Of a stretch of 36,162 nt of DNA, positions 17,800 to 25,764 are shown piece by piece. The DNA is from a virus (lineage: Duplodnaviria; Caudoviricetes), in the IMG/VR virus record IMGVR_UViG_3300020045_008052, positions 1 to 36,162 of that record. One strand, given 5' to 3'. The position numbers were made by a program, and so were the translations under genes. Positions within the stretch are counted from its first letter, which is position 1. Each line of letters starts with the position of its first letter. The notes under the pieces are model-generated. The model made no database searches. It saw only the letters and a program-made list of their open reading frames with translations, and was not told where the DNA came from.

Positions 17800-18125
17800 G
17801 CGAACACCGAATGCACCCCAACATGATTTGGATTTGCCCCCCTAGAGCAGATGGGGCAAATGAGTTCTATTGCACGGAAAAAGTAGGGGATTACACGCTC
17901 CCCTATGTGCCAGAGAAGGCCCAGGCAGTAGCGGAGGAGCCAGATGCCGATAACCGTTTAAGCTCTTGGTTGGGAATAATTGAGCGTTGCCTAGAAAAAG
18001 ATGTTAGCACAAGGGGTCGACATGCCCGTAGCGCCTTATTGAACGTCCGAGCCGCCCTATCCCCCAACCCCAGTGAATCCCAGGCAGCAGCGAACCAACA
18101 AAAAGGAGATGAGAACGATGGATAA
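17796..18125 (+). CDS. Hypothetical protein
   Basis: ATGA-coupled. Confidence 0.6.
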   Translation: MSEHRMHPNMIWICPPRADGANEFYCTEKVGDYTLPYVPEKAQAVAEEPDADNRLSSWLGIIERCLEKDVSTRGRHARSALLNVRAALSPNPSESQAAANQQKGDENDG

Positions 18126-18315
18126 ATTATTCAGTTGGTGGCGTTCTCTATGGTCGCTTATGCCATGTCCAATCTGCGGACGGGAAGCAGTAGATGGAAG
18201 CGAACACAGTAAATGGAACCCGGAAACAAGGCTTTGGTATGTTGCAAGCGAGTCGCGACATTGCCGGAAACTACATACTTGGCATATTCCAAAAGGATAT
18301 ACGGAGGCGAAATGA
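18118..18315 (+). CDS. Hypothetical Cys/His-rich protein
   Basis: AGGAG upstream; CPIC...HC..H. Confidence 0.6.
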   Translation: MDKLFSWWRSLWSLMPCPICGREAVDGSEHSKWNPETRLWYVASESRHCRKLHTWHIPKGYTEAK

Positions 18316-18548
18316 ATCGAGTAATATTTGATGAAATAAAACTTCAAGCCAAAAAATCCGGTAAATGCCACTGTGGGCGACGATTGACCCGAAGCAAGAC
18401 GTTTTCACAAACCGAAAACCCCTTCAATCTAAAGCCTAACGGATGGAGGAAATCCATTTCGGATATTCGCGCCGAATTGACCGTTGAAGCGGAAGCCTGG
18501 AAAAAGCTGCCAATGATTTGCCAAATCTGCGCGGATATAGAACCATGA
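18312..18548 (+). CDS. Hypothetical zinc-binding phage protein
   Basis: GGAGG RBS; CHCG...FSQTENPFN...CQIC. Confidence 0.65.
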   Translation: MNRVIFDEIKLQAKKSGKCHCGRRLTRSKTFSQTENPFNLKPNGWRKSISDIRAELTVEAEAWKKLPMICQICADIEP

Positions 18549-18784
18549 CTGACCCAACGCCCGAGGTTTGCCGGTGGACAAAGGAAAAGCCGACCAAGCC
18601 GGGTTGGTATTGGCACCGGATGCCGTTTCTGAATGACGCCAAACACGCGGTTCAAGTTTTTCTGCGGGATGGAAAATACCACGCCATCCTTAGTGTAGGA
18701 ATAGTCCCTATAGGGCCTAGTTTTGAAGGTTCCGAATGGGCAGGACCAATCTCGGAACCGACTGAGGACAAGGAGAGCAAATGA
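18545..18784 (+). CDS. Hypothetical phage protein
   Basis: WTKEKPTKPGWYW...EWAGPI.EP pattern common in phage accessory ORFs. Confidence 0.7.
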   Translation: MTDPTPEVCRWTKEKPTKPGWYWHRMPFLNDAKHAVQVFLRDGKYHAILSVGIVPIGPSFEGSEWAGPISEPTEDKESK

Positions 18785-19020
18785 GCGAACAAGATGATGG
18801 CGGACCGGCTTTTCCGCAGGTGGAGTACAAACAAGGCATTCCATATATGACCATTCCAGGCTTATCCATGCGTGATTATTTCGCGGCCAAGGCTTTGCAG
18901 GGCCTATTGGCAAATAGGTCAGATGGGACTGTGCCCGATTCTATTGATGGCATTGTCTCATTCTCTTGGAGATATGCTGATTCCATGCTCAAGGCCAGGG
19001 ACCTGGGGAGGGAGAAATGA
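18781..19020 (+). CDS. Conserved phage hypothetical protein
   Basis: DGGPAFP...GLSMRDYFAAKALQG...ADSML.AR motif widespread in phages. Confidence 0.8.
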   Translation: MSEQDDGGPAFPQVEYKQGIPYMTIPGLSMRDYFAAKALQGLLANRSDGTVPDSIDGIVSFSWRYADSMLKARDLGREK

Positions 19021-19217
19021 GCGACTGCAAGTGGTACTACAACGCAGCCATAGACTATTGGATAGCTGGATGCACCCTTAACCTGTACCAGCATTATAAT
19101 CCGCAAACCATGAAATACTGCTGTCATTGCGGGAAGCGCATGAAAGAAATTGAGCAACCAGAATCAAGCCTGCTTTTAATCCATCCTCCAGAGAGCGAAA
19201 GGTACAGAATTCAATGA
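19017..19217 (+). CDS. Hypothetical Cys-rich protein
   Basis: GGAG RBS; KYCCHCGKR. Confidence 0.65.
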   Translation: MSDCKWYYNAAIDYWIAGCTLNLYQHYNPQTMKYCCHCGKRMKEIEQPESSLLLIHPPESERYRIQ

Positions 19218-19254
19218 CCGAGGGTTACATCCGAAAGATTAAGAAGGCGAAAAA

Positions 19255-19353
19255 ATGAGCGAGTTTATTTTGATAGTCCTAGTCATAGGGCTGTCTGCCC
19301 TTTGCATACTGTTTGGGTTTGAAATTTGGCTTAGAAATAGGGATGGAAAATGA
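19255..19353 (+). CDS. 32-aa membrane peptide
   Basis: MSEFILIVLVIGLSALCILFGFEIWLRNRDGK; stop overlaps the next ATG. Confidence 0.5.
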   Translation: MSEFILIVLVIGLSALCILFGFEIWLRNRDGK

Positions 19354-19628
19354 GCGACAGGAAACCTATGGAGTTTTGGCGGGTAGCCAGGGGAAGCTAT
19401 AAGGACGATTTCCCCACCCATGCCGATGCTTTGATGCACACCCGGAGGCCAAGCGGGAATAGGAATGAAGTCATTATCCATTTCCGCGAAGTCCTCGACC
19501 CACAGCCCATGAGCGAGCAGATGAAAAAGGATTTGGAAGCCGTAGCCATTTGCATTCGTGAGTGGGGCATGGATGAAGAAAAGCAAGCCCTGGACCGTAT
19601 CCGTGCCGCCATGGAGGGTGGGGAATGA
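19350..19628 (+). CDS. Hypothetical protein
   Basis: ATGA-coupled. Confidence 0.6.
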   Translation: MSDRKPMEFWRVARGSYKDDFPTHADALMHTRRPSGNRNEVIIHFREVLDPQPMSEQMKKDLEAVAICIREWGMDEEKQALDRIRAAMEGGE

Positions 19629-20032
19629 GCATTGATTATACCAAGGGCGATCCCCGTTTAACTCACGATGCGGATTGCGCTATCGTCATCAGTGGAAGGC
19701 ATGACTGCACCTGTTCCGCCAAGGGCATTGTGGAAGCCGGTGGGCCTGTCGAGGTTAATACCGGCCCAATGCCAGCCGGGTTTACGGAGTGGAACGATAA
19801 GGCAGAAGCAATTGGGTGGTACAATAAAAGCAAGTTTTGCTTGGTAGAAACCGAAGCATTTGAAGCCACGCAATCCCGCGCCGAAGCTGCCGAAGCGAAG
19901 CTGGCGGCCATACAAGCTGTCGTGGACGCCCAGGCCGAGGATGAAGGGCTCTGGTTCGAGGCGAAGCACATCACGGAAGATTACCTACAGGACGCCCTGC
20001 GATACCTCCATGAAGCGATTGAGGAGGGCTAA
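19625..20032 (+). CDS. Hypothetical phage protein
   Basis: QAEDEGLWF...YLQ.ALR.LH..IE C-terminal pattern; last gene of the rightward operon. Confidence 0.7.
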   Translation: MSIDYTKGDPRLTHDADCAIVISGRHDCTCSAKGIVEAGGPVEVNTGPMPAGFTEWNDKAEAIGWYNKSKFCLVETEAFEATQSRAEAAEAKLAAIQAVVDAQAEDEGLWFEAKHITEDYLQDALRYLHEAIEEG

Positions 20033-20283
20033 ATCAGCCGCCCGATCAGGGTGTTCATTGACCTGAGCCGCACCGCTGGGCCATAGTCTCCGCGAACCCG
20101 CTTGACCAGGATCAACTGCCGCATGGCTTTGAGGGCTAATGCCGCCTGCGCTCGCCGGTCTTTGTCCGGGTGCGTCCTAGCGGTCCTGCGGATCTTGAGT
20201 GCTGCCCGAACATCCCGAACGCGCTCCCGGTAGGCCAGTACGATGTGCGATACGTCAATTCCGGTGGTGGGTGCTGCGATCAT
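20029..20283 (-). CDS. Basic hypothetical protein
   Basis: GGAGG RBS, ATGA-coupled. Confidence 0.55.
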   Translation of the reverse strand: MIAAPTTGIDVSHIVLAYRERVRDVRAALKIRRTARTHPDKDRRAQAALALKAMRQLILVKRVRGDYGPAVRLRSMNTLIGRLI

Positions 20284-20597
20284 CGGGCGGCCTCAAGGTT
20301 CAGATTTCCAGTATACCCCCGGTTTGCCAGGGCGTGGGCCTTTGCCGCCAGACGGCGTGCAGAGGCGATGGCGCGGTCCAGGTTCCGGCTGTGGTCGTGG
20401 GTTCTCCTGGTGGCTTTCGCTGCCTCCCGCCGCCGCTGGACGTTCGCAGCGGCCTTCCGGATGGCCTTGGCGCGGTACTCGGGATTGGTCCAATACTTGG
20501 CCCGCTCCCGCTCCCGGTTGAGGCGGCGGTACTCCTGCGCCCAGGGGGTATTGAGGCGGATTTGCTCGTTCCGCCAGGCGGATCTGTTTGCGCTCAT
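20280..20597 (-). CDS. Arg-rich helical hypothetical protein
   Basis: ATG at 20597 overlaps the upstream TGA. Confidence 0.55.
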   Translation of the reverse strand: MSANRSAWRNEQIRLNTPWAQEYRRLNRERERAKYWTNPEYRAKAIRKAAANVQRRREAAKATRRTHDHSRNLDRAIASARRLAAKAHALANRGYTGNLNLEAAR

Positions 20598-20773
20598 GCG
20601 TGGTTCTGCAGGAATTGTTCCGCTTGTAAGGCAAACCAGGCGGTTACCGGGCGATCCCAACTAGGGATATTGGCCCGATGCCAGTCCAAAAACTGTTGTA
20701 GCAGTTCGCGGGCCTCACGGTACGACTCAGTACATTCAGTAGGAAATATCAATACCTGATCCGCGCCTGTCAT
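20594..20773 (-). CDS. Hypothetical protein (59 aa, not in ORF track)
   Basis: MTGADQVLIFPTEC...FLQNHA; ATGA-coupled at both ends. Confidence 0.6.
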   Translation of the reverse strand: MTGADQVLIFPTECTESYREARELLQQFLDWHRANIPSWDRPVTAWFALQAEQFLQNHA

Positions 20774-21171
20774 TTCCTCATCTCCTTTACGCGTGTCGAA
20801 TAATCTAATATCATAAATCCCATTGCCGTAATACTTGGATGCCTTGCACCTAGTTTTTTTGCAACTGCGAGTTGATCCAGGATATCTGGACCGTACTTGG
20901 CAACAAGTGCAGCCCGATAATTCCCTTTATTCCCCTCATCGAACCGATTGCAATATCGACATTGGGCGTGGACATTCTTTTCGTCCCAGCGGGTTCCTAA
21001 ATGCTGCCGGCCGATAAAGTGACCGGCATCTAATTCTTCATAGGCTTTAAACTTGCCGCAAGAAATACATTTTCCGAATCCGTCTTTTGTATCGCGATAG
21101 CGGATCCATTTGGAGAAAGCTTTATCAAGCTTTCCTGCGAACCACCGCCAATCGCGGACCTTTTGCATCAA
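20770..21171 (-). CDS. ninG: NinG/Rap-family recombination nuclease
   Basis: LDKAFSKWIRYRD...CISCG...DAGHF...TRWDEKNVHAQCRYCN. Confidence 0.88.
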   Translation of the reverse strand: MMQKVRDWRWFAGKLDKAFSKWIRYRDTKDGFGKCISCGKFKAYEELDAGHFIGRQHLGTRWDEKNVHAQCRYCNRFDEGNKGNYRAALVAKYGPDILDQLAVAKKLGARHPSITAMGFMILDYSTRVKEMRK

Positions 21172-21476
21172 TAATCCTTGTAACGACTTCGCTCGTTTGA
21201 TTTCCAGCTATCAGCCTGCCCCATCTGACGCTTAGGCTCCGCCATATTTACCCGTAGGGGTCGGCCCATGAAAACCTCACCATTGGTAAGCTGGATCGCC
21301 TTATTGGCTATTGAGTCAGAGTCGAATTCGATAAATCCGAATCCTCGAGGACGATTTGTCTCCCGGTCGGTAGGAAGTTTGATACTGCGGATATTCCCGA
21401 AGCTTCCGAAGTGCTCACGAAGATCTTCTTCTGTAGTTGAAAAATGGAGGTTGCCGACATAGATACTTGAGGCCAT
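21168..21476 (-). CDS. RNA-binding protein with a single RRM domain
   Basis: RNP2 IYVGNL, DRETNRP loop, RNP1 RGFGFIEF, closing GRPLRVNMA. Confidence 0.95.
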   Translation of the reverse strand: MASSIYVGNLHFSTTEEDLREHFGSFGNIRSIKLPTDRETNRPRGFGFIEFDSDSIANKAIQLTNGEVFMGRPLRVNMAEPKRQMGQADSWKSNERSRYKDY

Positions 21477-21497
21477 AAAAATCCTTTTAAGTTGAGG

Positions 21498-21647
21498 TTA
21501 TTTCAAAGCTGTACGCAGAAGCATTGCAGCGCCCCAGATCGCGCAGGATAGATTGATATAGAACCAGATTTCAGAGTCGGTCCAATTCAGTGCCCAGATG
21601 GAGAATCCAACATAGGCAGCCCAGGGTAAAGACCAAACGATTTTCAA
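21498..21647 (-). CDS. 49-aa two-TM peptide (not in ORF track)
   Basis: AAGGA RBS and TTG start; MKIVWSLPWAAYVGFSIWALNWTDSEIWFYINLSCAIWGAAMLLRTALK. Confidence 0.55.
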   Translation of the reverse strand: MKIVWSLPWAAYVGFSIWALNWTDSEIWFYINLSCAIWGAAMLLRTALK

Positions 21648-21649
21648 TT

Positions 21650-22099
21650 TTATCCTTTCAAAATTGTACGGAGCGGGATGTATTTCCTGGAAAATATTCT
21701 TCTTTGATGATTTACCGCGGAGGTTACTGCTTCTAAGTGATCAGGGTTCACGCAAGTTTTGACCCGGCATAGATGATCAATCTGTAGTCCATCGGGAATT
21801 GGCCCCTTGGCACGTTCATAATAAACGCGATGCGCATATTTTATTTTTTCCATAACCCTCAATTGTCCATAACCATTTGGCTGTATATAGCCTTTCCAAA
21901 TCCAACATTTGTTTTCATTTTCCAAATATTCTAATAGAACATTTTCTCTACCCCCCACACCGCCATGCCCAACTATAAAACGTTTCGGTTGGCCCTTTAT
22001 CAGTTTGTGATAAGTACTATTTCTGTCATTTAAACTTGTTTTCGCTCCGCATCCGCAATGGCAGTAACCGAATGGAATATCTTTAGGATTTGGTTTCAT
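21650..22099 (-). CDS. HNH endonuclease
   Basis: GGGAGG RBS before ATG 22099; GYCHCGCG; CWIW.G...NGYG...AHR..Y...GPIP.GL.IDHLC...CVNPDHLEAVT...N. Confidence 0.92.
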   Translation of the reverse strand: MKPNPKDIPFGYCHCGCGAKTSLNDRNSTYHKLIKGQPKRFIVGHGGVGGRENVLLEYLENENKCWIWKGYIQPNGYGQLRVMEKIKYAHRVYYERAKGPIPDGLQIDHLCRVKTCVNPDHLEAVTSAVNHQRRIFSRKYIPLRTILKG

Positions 22100-22185
22100 T
22101 GAGCCCTCCCGCCCTATCCCCCCGATGGTGATGGCGTGGAGAGCGGGAGGGCTCTCCTGGGCTTGCAAACCCATTGCCATCACCA
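22093..22185 (-). promoter_or_regulatory. Structured leader (predicted pseudoknot) occluding the HNH RBS
   Basis: Perfect 12-bp IR 22101-22112/22143-22154, crossed by perfect 10-bp IR 22126-22135/22176-22185. Confidence 0.65.
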
Positions 22186-22215
22186 ATAATAGAAAAATCA
22201 TGCTGGCCAGCAAGG

Positions 22216-22650
22216 TCATGGATTCAACCATTGAATCCGATTCCTAATGTTCGCGGTCGAAATATGGACCCAATTCACCGCAAGCTCAACCTGATTGATG
22301 AGCATAAAGTCGATATGCTCCTGGTTCTTTTTGATATCCTGCCGTACTTCTTCTGCAGTCATTCCCTTTACATCGAAATCGATAGCTTGCCCTCTTCGAT
22401 GGGCGGATAAGGGAGAACCTTCAGTACAGTTGGAAGGTCTGAATCCTCTGTATTTGAATTTACCGCCACTCACCCAATCGTTTATTACAATAGGTTTTCC
22501 ATATCGGTTCCTGATTCTATCAAGAGTTGATAGCAGCAGAGGATCGAAAAGCATCCATGCGGCTTCGCCAAGGGTTTTGTATGTCTCTGGATCGCACAGT
22601 TCTTGAATTGCAAAGAACATCGGCTTATAGAATCGGGTATAGGGAGTCAT
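22216..22650 (-). CDS. Peptidase M15-family protein (probable endolysin)
   Basis: RG.R, SAH..G.AIDF and WVHI zinc-ligand motifs. Confidence 0.88.
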   Translation of the reverse strand: MTPYTRFYKPMFFAIQELCDPETYKTLGEAAWMLFDPLLLSTLDRIRNRYGKPIVINDWVSGGKFKYRGFRPSNCTEGSPLSAHRRGQAIDFDVKGMTAEEVRQDIKKNQEHIDFMLINQVELAVNWVHISTANIRNRIQWLNP

Positions 22651-23147
22651 TTGATCTGCAAGTGGTTGACTTGTTTCAAGGTAGCAAATGGAAATACTTC
22701 CCCAGCTTTCAACCTGTCTTTGATCTGCATTTTATCTATGGAGCAGGACCAACGTTGTAGATCCTCAGGAAGATCCTCGGCTACAACTCCCTCTGCCATG
22801 ATTACTGCCGCGGCTTTTCTCCAAGAGAACTGACAGCGGAAGTCGTGAAGTTTTTCTTCAGGTCTAAGATTTGATGTTAGGAAAGCCCGGATCCGATCTG
22901 CTCTACGTCCAACTGACTTGCTACGATCCATTAGTTTTAGGGCTTCGTTTCCGATAGCTGCAGCTTCGGCATCTAGTTCCTTAACGAAGCAACCTAGATC
23001 AAGTAATTTGCTCTCCCTTTCATCTTCCATATCGATCAGAGAGGCAAGTGATGGGCAGTCCGTAAGATCGCCCGCATGTTCTGCTGCCCATTCTTCTAGT
23101 GTTGCTTCTGCCCTACGGATGGCATGGTCGATTTCAAATAGCTTCAT
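22647..23147 (-). CDS. Siphovirus Gp157-family protein
   Basis: MKLFEID start, coiled coil, FSWRK, IDK..IK..LKAGE....A.L...HLQIK end; next to Bet. Confidence 0.82.
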   Translation of the reverse strand: MKLFEIDHAIRRAEATLEEWAAEHAGDLTDCPSLASLIDMEDERESKLLDLGCFVKELDAEAAAIGNEALKLMDRSKSVGRRADRIRAFLTSNLRPEEKLHDFRCQFSWRKAAAVIMAEGVVAEDLPEDLQRWSCSIDKMQIKDRLKAGEVFPFATLKQVNHLQIK

Positions 23148-24133
23148 TCGTGCTGCCCTTCAATAGAGTTGGAAAAACCTTCCTCTAGTTCAGCTATTTC
23201 GGCTTCTTTGGCGGCTAGTTCCGCATATCTACTAGCTATAATGTTCTTGTCCTCAACGACCCAGAACCACCCCCCCCGGGATTGGCATGCTTTTTTGAAT
23301 ACCGATAGTTCATGGATAGAGTTGATATCCTTCACACTCTCTCCTACCCATTCAACCGCCAGCTCCGAGTGGCGGGGCGGGGCATTTTTAAATAGGGGGT
23401 TTTCCGCTTCCTGGGTGGCTTGGGGCTCGTTTTGGATTTCGGTTATGGGTTGCATAGGTGGGAGGGCTGAAACGGGCGTATTGCCTTCCCGAAATGGGGG
23501 AGGGGCGGTATTGTCCGCCTGGCTCATTTCCTCCTGGGTGTAAATCCCACTCAATTCCTGTGGGAATGCCTTCCGGAGAGCTAGGGATTCGGCACACTTG
23601 GAGATCATGACCGTCCCCATTTTTTGCCACATAGGCGCCGAATACCATTTTCCATCCTTGAAATACTGCTGGACGTACTCGGACCAAAGGGCAACGGCGT
23701 ACATCGGCTCCCGAAATCCCGCCTTGTAAACGCCTACCTTGGCCGCTGCCGGGGGGGATGGTTTAAGCCAAACGTCCACCCAGACCCCATCAGTCCCGCA
23801 CCAGACCGGGGTAGTTTGCCCCTGGTACTGGCCGGTACGCTCTGCGATTAGGCGGTATCCGTCAATACCGGTCTGGATGCTCATTACCTCCCTGCCGGCC
23901 TTTTTGTCCCATCGCTTTACCGCGTGGATCTGCTTGGCAAATGGGTCAAGCTGGGTCCGCTTGCACTGGGCGATAAAAAGAGCTAGCTCGTCGTTAGTTG
24001 CCCCAGCGCAAATAGTTCGCTTGAGTAGGGCAACCTGCTCATCGCTAAAGCTTACCCCTTGATTACCGACAAGTGTTGAAACTTGGCTAGCATTCATTTT
24101 GGCTAGAGCATTGGGATCAATCAGTTGATTCAT
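23144..24133 (-). CDS. bet: Bet/RecT-family single-strand annealing recombinase
   Basis: EL..F...CKRT.LDPF.KQI...[19 protein letters not shown]...[22 protein letters not shown]. Confidence 0.93.
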   Translation of the reverse strand: MNQLIDPNALAKMNASQVSTLVGNQGVSFSDEQVALLKRTICAGATNDELALFIAQCKRTQLDPFAKQIHAVKRWDKKAGREVMSIQTGIDGYRLIAERTGQYQGQTTPVWCGTDGVWVDVWLKPSPPAAAKVGVYKAGFREPMYAVALWSEYVQQYFKDGKWYSAPMWQKMGTVMISKCAESLALRKAFPQELSGIYTQEEMSQADNTAPPPFREGNTPVSALPPMQPITEIQNEPQATQEAENPLFKNAPPRHSELAVEWVGESVKDINSIHELSVFKKACQSRGGWFWVVEDKNIIASRYAELAAKEAEIAELEEGFSNSIEGQHE

Positions 24134-24152
24134 AGTCATATCCTTTCGGGAT

Positions 24153-24416
24153 TCAGGTTTTACTTTTTTGGATCTTCGAAGCATAGGCTCTAAGCTTATC
24201 GAGGTTGTTTAAGTGGAGATCTGGAAGTGATTCACCTTTGCGTTGTCTGGAGAATAGGTCAATCAGGTAGGCATGATTGATCCCTATGGCTCTAGCAATC
24301 TCTGACTGCCTTATATAATTGGCGCCGCGGGGTTTTTGGGCTTCGGCTTTTGCCCTTAGCTCTCTATAATGAGCCTGGACAATACCGATTAACTGGTTCG
24401 TTTCTGATTGCTGCAT
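24153..24416 (-). CDS. HTH DNA-binding protein
   Basis: [20 protein letters not shown]; ATG 7 nt past a -10 box. Confidence 0.75.
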   Translation of the reverse strand: MQQSETNQLIGIVQAHYRELRAKAEAQKPRGANYIRQSEIARAIGINHAYLIDLFSRQRKGESLPDLHLNNLDKLRAYASKIQKSKT

Positions 24417-24422
24417 ACTATT

Positions 24423-24451
24423 AATCTAATATTGTAGTCCGAATACGTCAA
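24423..24451 (-). promoter_or_regulatory. Promoter TTGACG-17-TAGATT
   Basis: Exact 17-nt spacing; AGTCCGA repeats within and upstream. Confidence 0.72.
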
Positions 24452-24548
24452 CGGGTACACAGTCCGATAAAGATTCGAGCGGTAAAATAGAGCGCAGCGG
24501 AAAAGAGTAGTCCGAACATCGAAATGGCTGCAAGGTCGGATTCTTTTT

Positions 24549-24875
24549 TCATATCCCTGCCGGCCTGAGAAACCAGGATTGATAGGCAAATTCTACGGCT
24601 TCATCCGGGGAATATCCGTGCTCACAGGCAATAATATTCCCGGCTATGGTACGGACAGTGCAAGTAGATAGGCCATCGTCCTCCCAAACCCATATCCGAT
24701 ATTCTCCCTCGGTCATGGTTTGCACCCTGTCCATAGCTGATGATCCCAAGGATAGACCGGTATCGATGGTCAGAAGGCCCAGCCGCCCTGGTGGGGTAGG
24801 ATACATGGGTCGGCGCAGGATACGGGAGTAAGCCCGGAGGGTCCGGGCGTTCTCGGCAGGGGTGGGAGGGCGCAT
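24549..24875 (-). CDS. Hypothetical protein (start uncertain)
   Basis: Start overlaps the upstream stop; C-terminal HG.SPDEAV pattern. Confidence 0.5.
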   Translation of the reverse strand: MRPPTPAENARTLRAYSRILRRPMYPTPPGRLGLLTIDTGLSLGSSAMDRVQTMTEGEYRIWVWEDDGLSTCTVRTIAGNIIACEHGYSPDEAVEFAYQSWFLRPAGI

Positions 24876-25120
24876 CAATTGTCCCGCCCGTAGGCCATTT
24901 CCTCGAAGCGGGCCGCGTCCTTTGTTTCGCAAAACATCTGGAATTCAGCATCATTGCTGCAATCTGTGCAATAGGGATGAAGTGCGGGACGGCTATCGCT
25001 GCCTTTGTTGACTGTATAGCTGGACGGTGAACTGCACTCCGAACATGGAAGTATATGGATGTCCTGCTCGTCAATTTCGATCCATCGCCTCTCGGTGCGC
25101 TTGTAAATATTTATGTTCAT
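24875..25120 (-). CDS. Hypothetical protein with two CxxC pairs
   Basis: AGGAG RBS; CSEC and CTDC. Confidence 0.65.
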   Translation of the reverse strand: MNINIYKRTERRWIEIDEQDIHILPCSECSSPSSYTVNKGSDSRPALHPYCTDCSNDAEFQMFCETKDAARFEEMAYGRDN

Positions 25121-25146
25121 CTTGATCTCCTTTTTGGATTTTTAGG

Positions 25147-25632
25147 TTAACTGAAATAAGCCGGGAACCGATCCCGAAGAGAAAGAAATTGAACTGCAGT
25201 CTCCTGCCCGATTTTGCTTACTATCAAATGATCTACCAATGGAATCCCCATAGTTTTTCCGACTTCGACTAGGCGCCTGGTTGCGGCTATATCGTTTTCT
25301 GATGGTTCCAGATTTCCGGATGGGTGGTTGTGGGCTATAATAATCGAAACAGCACCATCAAGGAATGCGGGACGGAAGGTTTCCCTGGGATGGATTTGGG
25401 ATGAATTGGCTAGTCCGCGTGTAACAACGTGCTTTTTGATGATTTGGTTGTGGCCGTCCAAAGTAAAGACAATGACATTTTCCTGAGTATCATGCGCTTC
25501 CGATTGGAGAAGCGGGACTACATCCTTTGGGGCACGGACCTTGGCTATCGATTCGCTAACCAGATCAGCAGGGATAAGGATACCATCGGGATAGAGAAGA
25601 TATTTTCGGCCGGAGATGGTTCGAGTTTTCAA
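25147..25632 (-). CDS. radC: RadC-like JAB/MPN domain protein
   Basis: E....LD..N, HPRE.F, AHNHPSG..EPS..D, G..L.DH.I. Confidence 0.92.
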   Translation of the reverse strand: MKTRTISGRKYLLYPDGILIPADLVSESIAKVRAPKDVVPLLQSEAHDTQENVIVFTLDGHNQIIKKHVVTRGLANSSQIHPRETFRPAFLDGAVSIIIAHNHPSGNLEPSENDIAATRRLVEVGKTMGIPLVDHLIVSKIGQETAVQFLSLRDRFPAYFS

Positions 25633-25661
25633 TTTTTCTACCCCTTCTGATTATATATCCA

Positions 25662-25690
25662 ATATTAACAATGTAATATTGCAATGTCAA
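25662..25690 (-). promoter_or_regulatory. Promoter TTGACA-17-TAATAT with an imperfect dyad in the spacer
   Basis: Consensus -35, exact spacer, directly upstream of radC. Confidence 0.78.
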
Positions 25691-25764
25691 GGGTCTATAG
25701 AACTTATTTTCCGGTTTGGTACAGATATATTTTCCAATTCGCTACGATTGCCGGAATTTGACTA

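Noticed and set aside
20017-20036. GGAGGGCTAAATCA, a 13/14 match to part of the shared HNH/ncRNA motif at the operon convergence point
   Set aside because: Short, opposite orientation, lacks the second block and overlaps coding ends; may be chance
22101-22185. HDV-like or other self-cleaving ribozyme
   Set aside because: Pseudoknot present, but no P3/L3 or catalytic-core consensus identifiable
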